Assembly: GCA_002189035.1 (NCBI GenBank)
Contig: NEEC01000010.1
Span: forward strand, 2,852,001-2,916,000
Direction: 5' to 3'
DNA: 64,000 nucleotides
From: Utricularia gibba
Lineage: Eukaryota; Plantae; Magnoliophyta
Part shown: positions 50,884 to 62,449 of the stretch, piece after piece
Position numbering within the stretch: position 1 is the first letter of the stretch
How the letters are laid out: every line of letters begins with the position of its first letter
Notes under the pieces: generated by a model
What the model was told of the DNA's origin: nothing
Database searches by the model: none
The model's input: the letters and a program-made list of their open reading frames with translations, nothing else
Made by a program: the position numbers and the translations under genes

Positions 50884-52943
50884 TGCCAAACAATTGGAAT
50901 TGCCTGTGCTCCCCCTGTCTCTTACTTATAGTGGGAATCAAACAAAACAACTACAACAATAATAATAAAAAAAACACAGTGAAGGAGACGACGGGAAGCT
51001 GGGCATTTAAGTAATGGGAACGCTGCGACGGTGGGTTTTGGCCACCTGAGGGACGGAAGCAAAACAAGGCAGGGATTTGTAGGGACGGCAAGTTTCTGTT
51101 AAGCAGTAAATGCAAAAGGAGCTGCTCCACAGTCGTTACAGACACCGAAGCGGGTTTTATGCGTGCGTTCGTGGGCATGTCTCGAACAATTAGAAAGCAA
51201 AAAAAAAAAACATTTCTTTTTTTTTTCCTGCAGTAAATGATAATTATTCTCAAAATTTAAAATAGGACAGGAATGATTCTGCACATAATTCTGATACCCA
51301 ATAACATCCACCCTCCTTTCCATCTTTGAAATATGATTTTTTTTTTAATTATTTTTCATTTTCTGTTAAACAGCAAAAAAAAAAAAAAAAATTTACACAC
51401 ACAGATAAACACAACAATTTCTCCTTCCCAAACATGTTTCAATGTCAATATTGAGATTTATATCAATGTGTATATGATATATACAAATAAAAATGATATG
51501 TTCCTAAGAGGTTGTTTAAAAATATGATATTAGTATATTGAATAATAGTATATATATATTCAATTATATATAACGCTTTATATTTGAGAATATATGTTTT
51601 AGTATATGAATATTATAAATATAATTATCTCCACTTATTTGTGGTATAAAATTACAGAACTATCTCCAATTAATAGATCAAAGCCATCTATTCTAAAACA
51701 CATTGAAAACAAAGTCAATGCAGCTCGAGTTCTGATGACTAACAAACCAGGATAATGATGATAGTTCTACTTGTAGATTTTGGATCTTTTTTTTTTCTGG
51801 GTTTTTTTTTAACGAACCAGTGACTCAGTTAACTTGTGCGGGAAGTGAATTTAGGTGGCAGATAGATGAGTGTTCTTGGGAGTTGAGGAAGTGGAAAGCG
51901 ATCTTTCTAAGGCTCATGAATGAAATGAATGAATGAATGGGTGAGGAGGAAGAGTATAGAGACCCATGCAAGTAAAAGATAGCAACAGTGAGAATCTAAC
52001 AGCGGCAGCAGCACTGTGTCTGCACCTCAGCTCCTTGGAATGTGAAATGCAGTCCCCTGGTCCCGCACGTGCGTCTCATCATCCCCTCTTTTCTTCCAAA
52101 ACCAAGAATGGGTTTGAGTTTGTGGTGGTAACTGGTAACAGAGGGTTTGAGTTTGTGGTGGTGGATCCGAACCAGTCTTGTGGGGAACTTTACAGTGCAA
52201 TATGTTGACAAAACCAGCGCATGCATTCAAGACCATGGGTCACATGTTCATTACTGGGTGGAATCTGAGTGATCTACTCCTCCCTGCTGTGGGATCACAT
52301 GAACGGGAGCGTAAGTCAACCTGATGCGATCGCTGGACCCAGGGGCTGGTTCCATGGTGCTAAGATGATGGTGCAGTTTGTACCTTTTTTTGTTTTGAGA
52401 TGGAGGGGTGCTTGAGTTTCAACAAAAAACAAAGCAATCACTGCAATTTTCCGAGGTTAGATGGTGGCACACCAAATCTGATGGAAGCTTAAAAGCCCAT
52501 TTGAACGGCATTTGCAACCACCGTGTTGTCCGTGTTGACATGCCAGTTTCTCCGACGCCATTCGCCAACCCAGGAAAACAGAGGCGCCCCTTCTTCAGAA
52601 AATCACCAAGGGACTGCGGAATGGCGTCGGATTTGAAACACCAGGAAAACGCTGTTGGCCGCCGGCCGGCACAATGCGGGATCACCGCAGTAGGAAGCCA
52701 CTCCATGTACAAAACCATAAAAAAATATATTTAAAAATTGAGTTAAATCCATATTGTAAAAATAGTACAAAAAATAAAAATAAATATCTAAATATAATAT
52801 TTTAACCTTTTTATTAATTTTTTTATTATAAAAATTATGAATTTCGATTGAATCGGGTCAGATTCTAACACCGGATTTTAAAACACTGTTTGCAAGGGGG
52901 GTGGGCTTTTAAAAAATTAAACACGTTTTCTAAGGCCCAATAA

Positions 52944-52968
52944 CCCCCCCCCCCCCCCCCCCCCCCCC
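52944..52968. repeat. Poly-C/poly-G homopolymer (25 nt)
   Basis: Direct count of 25 consecutive C. Confidence 0.9.
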
Positions 52969-53280
52969 GGTGGTTCCGCATATTTTCAATTATCCAATAT
53001 AATTTATCGAATTTCAATAATCTAATATTTTAAAAACCGTGATTGAATTGTGATTAAATAATTTTATATCATAAATGAATCATAATAATGATTAAAGTAA
53101 ATCATTATTTAATCATTATTTAATTTAATTATAATTCAATCGTAATTTAATACTTTTTGTAATAAAATATTAAAAAATCAAACTATAAACCACGATTTTT
53201 TTTATCATTTTAAAGAACGCAATAAAGGTAAAGTATTCAAAATACAAATCCACAAGTAGTGGGCCACCACCCATGTGGCC

Positions 53281-53305
53281 CGTCATTCAATTCACATAAG
53301 GCGGC
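53281..53305 (-). promoter_or_regulatory. TGACG motif plus GCC-box core upstream of the glucanase
   Basis: CGTCA at 53281 and GGCGGC at 53300, about 700 bp upstream of the ATG. Confidence 0.4.
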
Positions 53306-54007
53306 CTATCAAAAGTGATAGCGTATTGTGATTTTATTTTCTTTATTATATACCTGATTTATAGTACAATTATATAAATTATAGTTTTTTCTAAAATTAT
53401 AAAATATAATAATATTTTTAATATATTTTAATAAAATTTATTTACCATATATACTTTCAAATCTCAACTGTAATTATATAATGCATACTTATCTAAGTAT
53501 AAATAATTAAACGTGACTCCGACACTTTTTAGCATATGTGGAAGCCACTGATTTTGGATAATAAAGAGGTTCATAGTGCACCCATCTTTACAGTAGGATG
53601 AGTATTTTATTTCCACTAAAAAAGCTGATTATTCACTTGCAATTATTTATATAAAAAAAACCAAATTCTGGTGTACTTATCTTTTTATTAATAATATTTT
53701 TAAATTTCAATACAATATTTGAAAAATACCTATTTTATATAGTTTTTCAAAAAATTAAATAAATAAATAATTTACTTATACCAATGTAAACCATTGGTTT
53801 ATTCTGATATTTTTGATGATAAATATTCAATTATTTAAATTTGTATTATTTATTTGATTACGAATAATTCAAAATACAACCAATATGATGAATCTTTTGT
53901 TTTTTTTATTTGGGATTTATCACTAATTCAAAACGTATTGAAATTGCGGGTGCATGTTTATAAGGACCAATTTGGGATAGCATCATGGACTACCAATTGT
54001 GAGTACA

Positions 54008-55247
54008 ATGAATATCATCACGCAAATCCTTCTTCTTGTAATAACGCCTGCCACGCTCTTTGATTTATCAGGTTTTATATCACGTTTTTTTTTTTTTTTG
54101 AATTGCAGGATCTTAGGTTTGGTTCATTTTATTATTAATGTGTTTTTTTTTTCGGATTGCAGGAGCTCAGATTGGGGCTGCTTACGGGAGGAACGGGAAC
54201 AACTTGCCGTCCGGCGCAAATCGTTCGGCTTTTCAGCAGCAACGGAATCCGACGGATGAGAATTTATGATCCGAATCCGGCGACTCTGCAGGCGCTTCGC
54301 GGTACAAACATCGAGTTAATGATTGGCGTCCCCAATGGTGATCTGAGATCGATCGCCGGAAGCCAAAACGCAGCGAACTCTTGGGTTCAAAATAACGTCC
54401 GGAACTACGGGAACGTAAGGTTCCGGTATATCGCCGTCGGCAACGAGGTCAGCCCCTTCCGAGGGGAGTCTTCTCAGTACGTGCAAGTGCTCCTACCGGC
54501 GTTGCGGAATATCCAAAACGCTGTAAATCAAGCAGGTCTTGGCGGGAGAATAAGGTAGGTATTCGTCGCTCTGCAACCCTGTCATGGTTTAAATTGAGAG
54601 ATTTATTTCGTTGGTTCAATAGGGTTTCCACCGCCATCGATACCGGACTGATCGGAAACTCGTATCCGCCGCGAGACGGAGCTTTCCGGAGCGACGCCGA
54701 ATGGTTCATCACTCCCATCGTCCAGTTCTTATCCAGGAACCGGTCCCCGTTACTGGCTAACATATACCCATATTTCTCCTATATATACAACAAGGCCCAG
54801 ATTAGCCTCCCCTACGCGCTGTTCACGGGCGACGGAGTCGTCGCCGGTGGAGTCAGATACCAGAACTTGCTGTACGCGATGTACGACTCTGTAGCGGCCG
54901 CCGTACAGAGGGTCGGCGGTGGTGGCGTGGACATCGTCATATCTGAGACAGGGTGGCCCTCAGAGGGGGGAGACGCGACAAGCCTGGAAAACGAGAGAGT
55001 ATACGTTACAAATCTCATCCGCCGTGTCCAGGCCGGAACTCCGCTTCGTCCCGGCCGTCCGATCGAGACGTACATATTCGGAATCATAGATGAAAATCTG
55101 AAGAACCCGGAGTACGAAAAGCATTGGGGTATCTTCTACAGCAACATGCAACCCAAATTCTCCCTCAGAATCAATCATCTGAACGACAGTTTTGCCGGAA
55201 TTAGTGAGACTAATCCCGGCAACAAACCAGAGTATGCCGCCGAGTAG
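54008..55247 (+). CDS. Glucan endo-1,3-beta-glucosidase (GH17, PR-2; basic, vacuolar class I-like); one apparent frameshift at ~54211
   Basis: Exons 54008-54071 (signal peptide), 54163-54554 and 54623-55247. Motifs GAQIG..YGRNGNNLP, YIAVGNEV, IVISETGWPS, EKHWG. Confidence 0.92.
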
Positions 55248-56071
55248 CATATGAATTGTGTGTTTCAGTTGTCTTCTTGTTGACCTTCGTTCCGGCAGCA
55301 TACAGTGTCTGATTTGCTCAAGCTGACCTCCTTGGCATGAAATAAAATATAAATAGAAAAAATATAAATCATATTATAAAATATTATATTCAATTAATTA
55401 TAATAATTTATAATTTTTTATATGATTAACTATTTTAATTTCAAATATTGATAACAAAAATGAAATGAACTTATAACTTGATCATTAACTATGATCATAA
55501 AAAACAATTCTTAATTAGACGGAAGATCAATTAGATTTGAGGTAGATATTAAAACAAAAAATGTCATATTTTCCTAATATTTTAGTAATGTCATAAAAAA
55601 ACAATTCTTAATCCATTTAAATTAAAATTAAAATAATCAAATATATTGTAAATTCTATATTATTAGTAATTAGATAATACCTAATATTTTATAATGTTAT
55701 TCACATTTATTATGTATTTGATTTTTATATATGTTCCCACGATCCTATCGGATAATTTAAAAGTTTGAAAAGTTAGTACCGATGGAAATTTTTCTGTTGA
55801 TGGGCGCTTTGTATAGGGCCACCGGAAATTTTTATTGGGATGGCCCCACTTCTGATCGTCCTCCCGAATTGGATGGTCTGCAATAAATGCAGGTTGGGCC
55901 TCAGCCTGTGAGGCCCTCTTTCCTGAACGATGGTCCTCAAGTCAGGGAGCTTGCGTTGCGGCCGGACGTCGGAGATTCCGGTCAACAGATAGAAATCACT
56001 GTAAATGCCAGTAGCTTGTAACGACAGGATACAGGGAACAATGAACTCTACAGTTACGCAGTATCATCATC

Positions 56072-57924
56072 TCAGCTGGGTTTGAAGAACTTGAGTTTAA
56101 TTCCATTGCAGACCAAGCTCCAAACTCCGCCGACGGAGAACGCCAAGCTGAACGCCACCCCTAACCATCCCAAAGTCCAGTTGAAGTACCATTTGAAGCT
56201 ACATTTCTCTGGCTTCTTGATCAGCACCCACATGAAACAAGGGTACGCAAACGTCACCGGAAGCGTGAGTCCTCCCAACAGGCCTGCGAGGCTTGACAGG
56301 AAGGGAAGCGCCACGCCGATGAGGAGGTTGATAAACGCGTAGAACACTCTGAACCCGGATCGAACCCAAACGGGGCATGGTTTGTTAGTCCGGCTGGTGT
56401 AGGCTGCTTCGAAGCTATCGAACACTGGCATTGAGTATATTTGGAAGCTGCTTAGGCAGTTGAAGACGACGAGGATGAAGGTGAGGGCGAGGAGGCTGCT
56501 GGGGATGCCGCGGCTGTGAAACGCGAAGATAGCATTTATGATCCCCCCTGCAGGCATCTGGACAAAATAGCAGATCAATCACACCCTGTACTTGGTTTTC
56601 AAAGCAAGCACAGATGAAGGGAAAAGGAACTTGCAAGGTTTCCATAAGCCCAGTAGCCTCCAATGGCGACGGGGAACAAGCAAGCTGCTATGAGAATGTA
56701 AGCGACTTTTGCTCCTTTCCACATGGGGATGTGGGCTGGTTTCTTGAACGTTGATGGCATTGTAGCCTAAAACAAAGCGTCATCATATTATGATCCATTC
56801 CTGCCTTCCCATCTCACGAATCAAGCACAAATGGATTACCTGAATTTCAAGGACTAAGTTATGGCCTCTGAAGGCAAATGCAATGATCCCAAGAGCGTTC
56901 AGAACAGAGAACAGAGAAGATGTCGCAGAAGGCAAAGAAATCTCCTCATACGAGATATTCTGTGGCCGTTTCTGGCTCACAGAGAGAACCCACACTAAGG
57001 TTGAATAAGTGACGGCGGTTACTGCTCCGACGAGTGAAAGTCCGGCAATGGAATTCAGATTAGGAAGTTGGGATAGGACAATGCAGAGTGATGTGAAAAC
57101 CAGATACCACTCCACTGTTGTCAGAGGATTTGGTGAACAACTTGGGCCGCATACTGTTTGAAAAAATAGCTTCATCGTCTCTCCGCCGACGATAATCAAC
57201 GCCGTCGCTGTCCCGGCAGACAGGTAGATCGTCGGAAAAAGGGCAAGCCAAAGGCCTAATCTTTCACCTAGTAAGTCAAATGAAATGCATCAGATGATGA
57301 ATTTCCGTCATGAATTCATTGCTTTTGCTTACCAAATGCGGCTTGGGCCAGCTCTACGTATCTGTTGTAACGTTTCCCTGGAACTGCTTCATGGAGCTGG
57401 ACGAGAATCCAGAGAGTGTAGAGTTGCCAAATGTAGGCTATTATCAGGGAGATTACACCCCATCCCCTAAATTTCAGAGAATATGCAGTTATAAACAGGA
57501 AAAACTCTACTTCGGTGCAGGGAAAAAAAATATACCATCCGAGAAACGAGAAGGCGACGGGGAGAACGAGGGCTTGGAATCCGACGCCGGCGTTGAGATT
57601 ATGAAAGGCGGCGTAATGGGCATTCCCATTTCTCGATTCAGTAATCGGAAGCCATGAATCCTGGGGATTTAGCTTTGTCAAATGACCCACTTCCTCCAGG
57701 TACGCCTTCATATTGACGAGGACCCTCTTCATCGGTGTCCCAATGGGGCTCAAAAACCGGGGAGATATGAAGGAGGTCGGCGTCCAAGACTTGGCGGTAA
57801 CGGAACCCACTTCCTTGTGTGCGAATCTCGGCGACCTTTGGCCAGAGGGAGTGAGTATCTCCGGCGTGAAGGCGCGTGGAGTCGCGGGCAAGGACAAAAG
57901 CTCCGTTTCCGGCCGCTCCTCCAT
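56072..57924 (-). CDS. Lysine histidine transporter-like (At1g47670/LHT-like 8 clade) amino-acid permease
   Basis: Five exons. Motifs MEERPETELLS, WLPITESRNGNAHYAAFHNLNAG, SQLPNLNSIAGLSL, FAFRGHNLVLEIQ, GLTLPVTFAYPCFMW. Confidence 0.93.
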
Positions 57925-60399
57925 AACTCGTGGCGCAGACTCTGGCACAGAGCGCAGAAATGAAATGGAATGAAGATAAAGGAGTGAACTGTAGATGGGC
58001 CTTGGAGGTGGAGAACAATAATTCAGGGAAACAGCGTGAAATGGCCTACTGAGCAGAGCAGAGACCATGCAGCAGAATTATTGCTGTGAGCTTTTGTCAA
58101 AAGGTTGCATCTTTCACGGGACGAAATCATTCCATCCACCCCCCAATCGATTCACGACCTAACGGGGATAAATTTGAGAAACATGAACTTGCAGAATGCG
58201 ATCCTTTCTTCTGATTTTCAGGCGGGTGCGAAGTGAATTGAACTCCCGAGGATCCCGGGAAGTCTCCCGAGAGACATTTTACCCTTCGTCGTTATTACAT
58301 TTTAGATTCCGGATTCACATCCCCGCCACAAAATTCATGTACACCGTTATCGGAAAATGCCAAAAGGAAGTTACTTTGTGTTCACGAGTTCCATTGCCCA
58401 GATTTCACCATATCTTCAAGCAAGAAATCTCACACAGTAAGAGTTCAACAATTGCACTCAAGACGACCATACACCACAAAACTATTTCCTAAATTGATTT
58501 TGTTTACTTTTTAAAATATTTAAAATATTTAAATAAAAAATTTATATAATATGATTAAATATATAAATTATTGATTTTTTAAAATCTTTATTTTGATGAT
58601 TAAATAAAATATTAATTAAAAATTATAGTATTCAATTTTTATTTCGTTAAAAAATATATTTATATCATAAATATTAAATTATACAATCTAAAACTGATTT
58701 TATTCATATAATTTCAAAATTAATTCTATTTATATAATATGAATCACAACTTTAAATTATAGAACACTTCCTAAAAATAACCCAAAGTCACACTAAAAAT
58801 CAATTTGAGAAACAAAAATAATTATCTAAATTTAATATTTTTAAAATTTTAATTAATAAATCCCATTCAACAGAGTCCAACCAGTGTCTTAAAATATTAA
58901 TAGTTCAACTTCAATTGGGCCTTTTATCGCCCAGGTCCAACTTCAATTGAGCCCCTTACCGTCCAGGCCCAGTATCATAGTCAATGAGCCAATCCACTCC
59001 GTAAACTATTAATTTTCGACAATTTTTTTTATATAAAAAACTGATATCACAAATATTAAATCTCTGTAGAAAAAAAGTCAAAAATAAAAAATGTGGTATT
59101 GAATTATGATAAGGAACCTTCAAACTTTACGAGACATGCCACGTGGTAAAAAGGCGACAATCCATTAAGGAAAAAAGATTAATTATTTTATCTGACTTGT
59201 CGCACTCAAGGCACGCAACTGCCTTCACAAAATCTCTCTCTCTCTTAAACCATATGTTATAAATTAAATAATGCATTGACTATACAATTGGACTAATAAA
59301 TAATCATTGTCTACCTGACGTTGAAGCTATATATAATATAATCGTGACCGAGGACATAGTGTTTTGAAATGGAGTTCCGAAATTGAATTCGTAATTCGAT
59401 TTCAAATCGATTAAGCTTAAGGTTTACCGATTAGATTCGTTAATTTGTAATTTGTATGTTTTACTAGAAAACGAATCCATCAAGTTTCAAATATCATTTA
59501 ATCCAAGTATTCGTTGATTAACCAAAACTTTGCTATTAAAAAAAATCTCATATAATCTATGAATGATATATTATCTTTCTAAATATTGAATTCGTAATTA
59601 GAATTTAGAACAAAAATATCACGGTCTATATTTCATTTATATAGCATTGTTCAATTTGAACATACAAACTTCATAGTTTTATGTTATGTTAATTTTTTGG
59701 AGCAACAAATTCCTAGATATTCATTATATCATATAATTTATTTAAATTAAAATATATATCTAATCTTGAAATTTCTATTAAATAATTATTGTTGTATTTG
59801 AAAAAAAAAATTCCTACAAAGTTTATATAATCATTCTATTTAATTTATTTTCATTAATTATCAGTTATATGCTTTTTTAATAATATTCTTTTTTTGTGTT
59901 GGCCTATTTGACACGTGTATTCTAATTATTTATTAAGGTTGTGACACTTGATAGATCATGGTATTCAATGTGCGTATCCCTTTGAATAATAATTTTAGTC
60001 AATATGTTGGTTATGTTAGGTGCTATTTTATATTTATATTTAGATTTCAATTTTAGTTTTGAATTGCTTGTTACAATACTTTCGGAATTTCGTCGTAAAT
60101 CATCGTCGAAATCCGTTGAACTATAGTTGAAACTAATCAAACTCTGAATTATATTGAAATACGATGAAAACAAAAAATTATATATTTTCTTATTTTTTAT
60201 AAACGTGTGTAAGATTTAACATTATTTTAAATTTATATAAAATTAAATAATTTAAAATAGAAACTTCGTACCCAACAATAATCGAAATAAATGATGTTTT
60301 TAGAATAGAAAATACAAGTGCCAACAATAAGGTAAGGGGAGTCTGGTTAAAAGGTTAAAATTTAAATATTAATTATAATTGTAAACTAAAATGTGTGTT

Positions 60400-61150
60400 T
60401 CAGTGAAGTCGTAGAAAGAAAAGACTTAGTTCTTGACCGGAAGCTCCGTCGGGATTGATCATATGGAAAGACTCCGAGTTCTTGGATCCGACAACTCTAT
60501 CGAATCGGGCCCGGACGTACGTCATCTCCCCGTCGGAGTACTCCTTCTCCGACGGCGGCGGTGGAAGAACTCCGGCACCCATTGAAACACCTTGGATTTT
60601 AGAGTATGTTAGTATCGGTAGTGACATCGTACCAAACGCTGAATTCGATCTTTTGTGTTTCGGGAAAATATGCATCATCAAAGAAGGATACGATACCTCT
60701 GAGGAGCTTCATGACGTGGGCATCATCGTCGCTCATGTTCATCCGTCTGATGGAGTATCCCATTTTCCGGCCGTTGCAGTAGACCTCCCACACGAATTCT
60801 TCCAGAAGCTTTCGTTTATGGGTCTTGGTGTCGGTTTCGAGGGCGATTCGGAGGACGTCGGAGGCCATTTCTTTGTGTAGAAACGTGGTGAGAATGGGAA
60901 GTTCAGCCACGAAGATGGGCATCCTCTGAGGGTCTTCTTGTATCGCCAGTGTGAGTCTTCCTTTCCGGTACCCGAAAAGAGTTCCGATGGAGGCGTTGTC
61001 GGTGAGAAAGGGTCGGCGGTGGCGGCCGCTGAGGAGGGCCACAACTTTGGAGCCGGTGGAAAGCATTGGAAGGAGCTTGAACATGCGGAAAAGGCCTCCG
61101 ACTGTGGGCTTCTTTCCGGCACGGTGGCCGGCTCTGCGGGTAGTCTCCAT
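60400..61150 (-). CDS. MIZU-KUSSEI 1-like (DUF617) protein with one intron (60591-60696)
   Basis: Motifs TLFGYRKGR, ALETD, YCNGRKMGY, LLRG|VSMGAGVLP, YVRARFDRVVGSKNSE...ELSLFFLR. An upstream out-of-frame ATG at 61211 leaves the N-terminus uncertain. Confidence 0.9.
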
Positions 61151-62449
61151 GATTTCAGTCTCTTTTGGAAGGCTTTTTGGTGAGATCGTGGGGGTTGATT
61201 TGTAAAGCCATTAGTGTAGGCTTGAAGGTGGGGACTTTGGGAATAAAGGGGGACTATAAATAGCTTAGAAAAGCATAAGTTAGCTGCCTGTGGGGCTTGC
61301 GGATTGGGAGAGGAACAAGGGTAGAGAGGTTCCAATAATAGACTCCAATTTAAGGTAACAACAGCATAATTTGGCTTGTAGTGTAGCTGAGCAGTTAAAA
61401 TTCACATAGCAATGGAGGATCTCAGTCTGGGCAACCCAAAACTCCATGATCATGTCCTCGTTCCACCCGAGCTCTAAATGAGACCCCCCTTGACCTCTGT
61501 GCTGCGCCATTTACAAAGAATGGGGCTTTCTGTGAATCCCATCAAAAGTATGACTAGGTAAACCATAAATGCCACCATTGAAGGCAATGACGGCTCCTCT
61601 AAATGCACTCACAGAGAGAGTGAGAGAGAGTATCCTGCATGGTTGGAGCTAACCACCATTCATTCATAATGTTTATGGTTCAGACCATGAGCTAGTCTTC
61701 GAGCACCTTCAACCGGGCTGTTTTTTTCTGAGATGACAGTAGTAGAAGATGACTGACTGACTGAATCTTCACCCTTAACAAATGTTTTCAAGACAAGATT
61801 AGACTTGTGTGCTGCCCAACTTGTCTGCCACCAGAAGACTCCATTTTTGCTTTTTTTTTTTCCCATGGCAAAAAGGGTTCACTCCTTGAGGTCATGACAG
61901 GACGCCCACACCATTTATTGCATCAGTGTTGGAAAGTCACGGTTGGGCATTTCGATTTCAGTTTGAATGGAGCAGAGCAGAGAGCGAGTGGGGGATGGAT
62001 CACGAGTGCATGTTCTCAATCAAAGTTTGTGGGGCATTTGCTTCGGTTGAGTCGAGTTGGGAGGGAGATGGAGACGAAGGACCACACAAAGGAGAGGAGA
62101 GTAGTTGATGCCTTTATGCTCCAAACAAACCAAAGGAAGCGATGCTCTTCTCCACCTCCTCTGCTACATTCCCACTTCACTTTTGCTTCTTTTCTCTTCA
62201 TCTTCTTTACTTTTTTCGCCACCCCAGATGCGGATCATATGATCTGTCTCCATGACCTTCACCTTCCTTTTATAAATTTCCAAAAAAAATATTAAAAATA
62301 CTTGCATAGTGGGCCGGGCTTTGAAATGGGTTTGGAAATAGTCATATTCCAGTTCTGGGCTTCAGGAGCCCAAAACGTTTTAAATTACGATTTTGCCACT
62401 CACAACAAAAATTTAAAAAAAAAAGGAGCTGACTTTCGAGTGAGAGAAA

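Noticed and set aside
55773-55985. 70-aa ORF downstream of the LHT gene as a signalling peptide
   Set aside because: It has no signal peptide and no CLE/CEP/IDA/PIP motif; it is probably 3' UTR.
59922-60173. 83-aa ORF as a Harbinger transposase fragment
   Set aside because: It is AT-rich low-complexity sequence with only a vague resemblance.
60683-60691. GTATCCTT (U12-type donor consensus) 5 nt inside the MIZ1 intron
   Set aside because: Using it puts the exons out of phase with the only suitable acceptor, and no U12 branch site (TCCTTAAC) is present.
60739-61335. 198-aa overlapping ORF at MIZ1
   Set aside because: It is an alternative frame of GC-rich coding sequence plus the 5' region, with no domain features.
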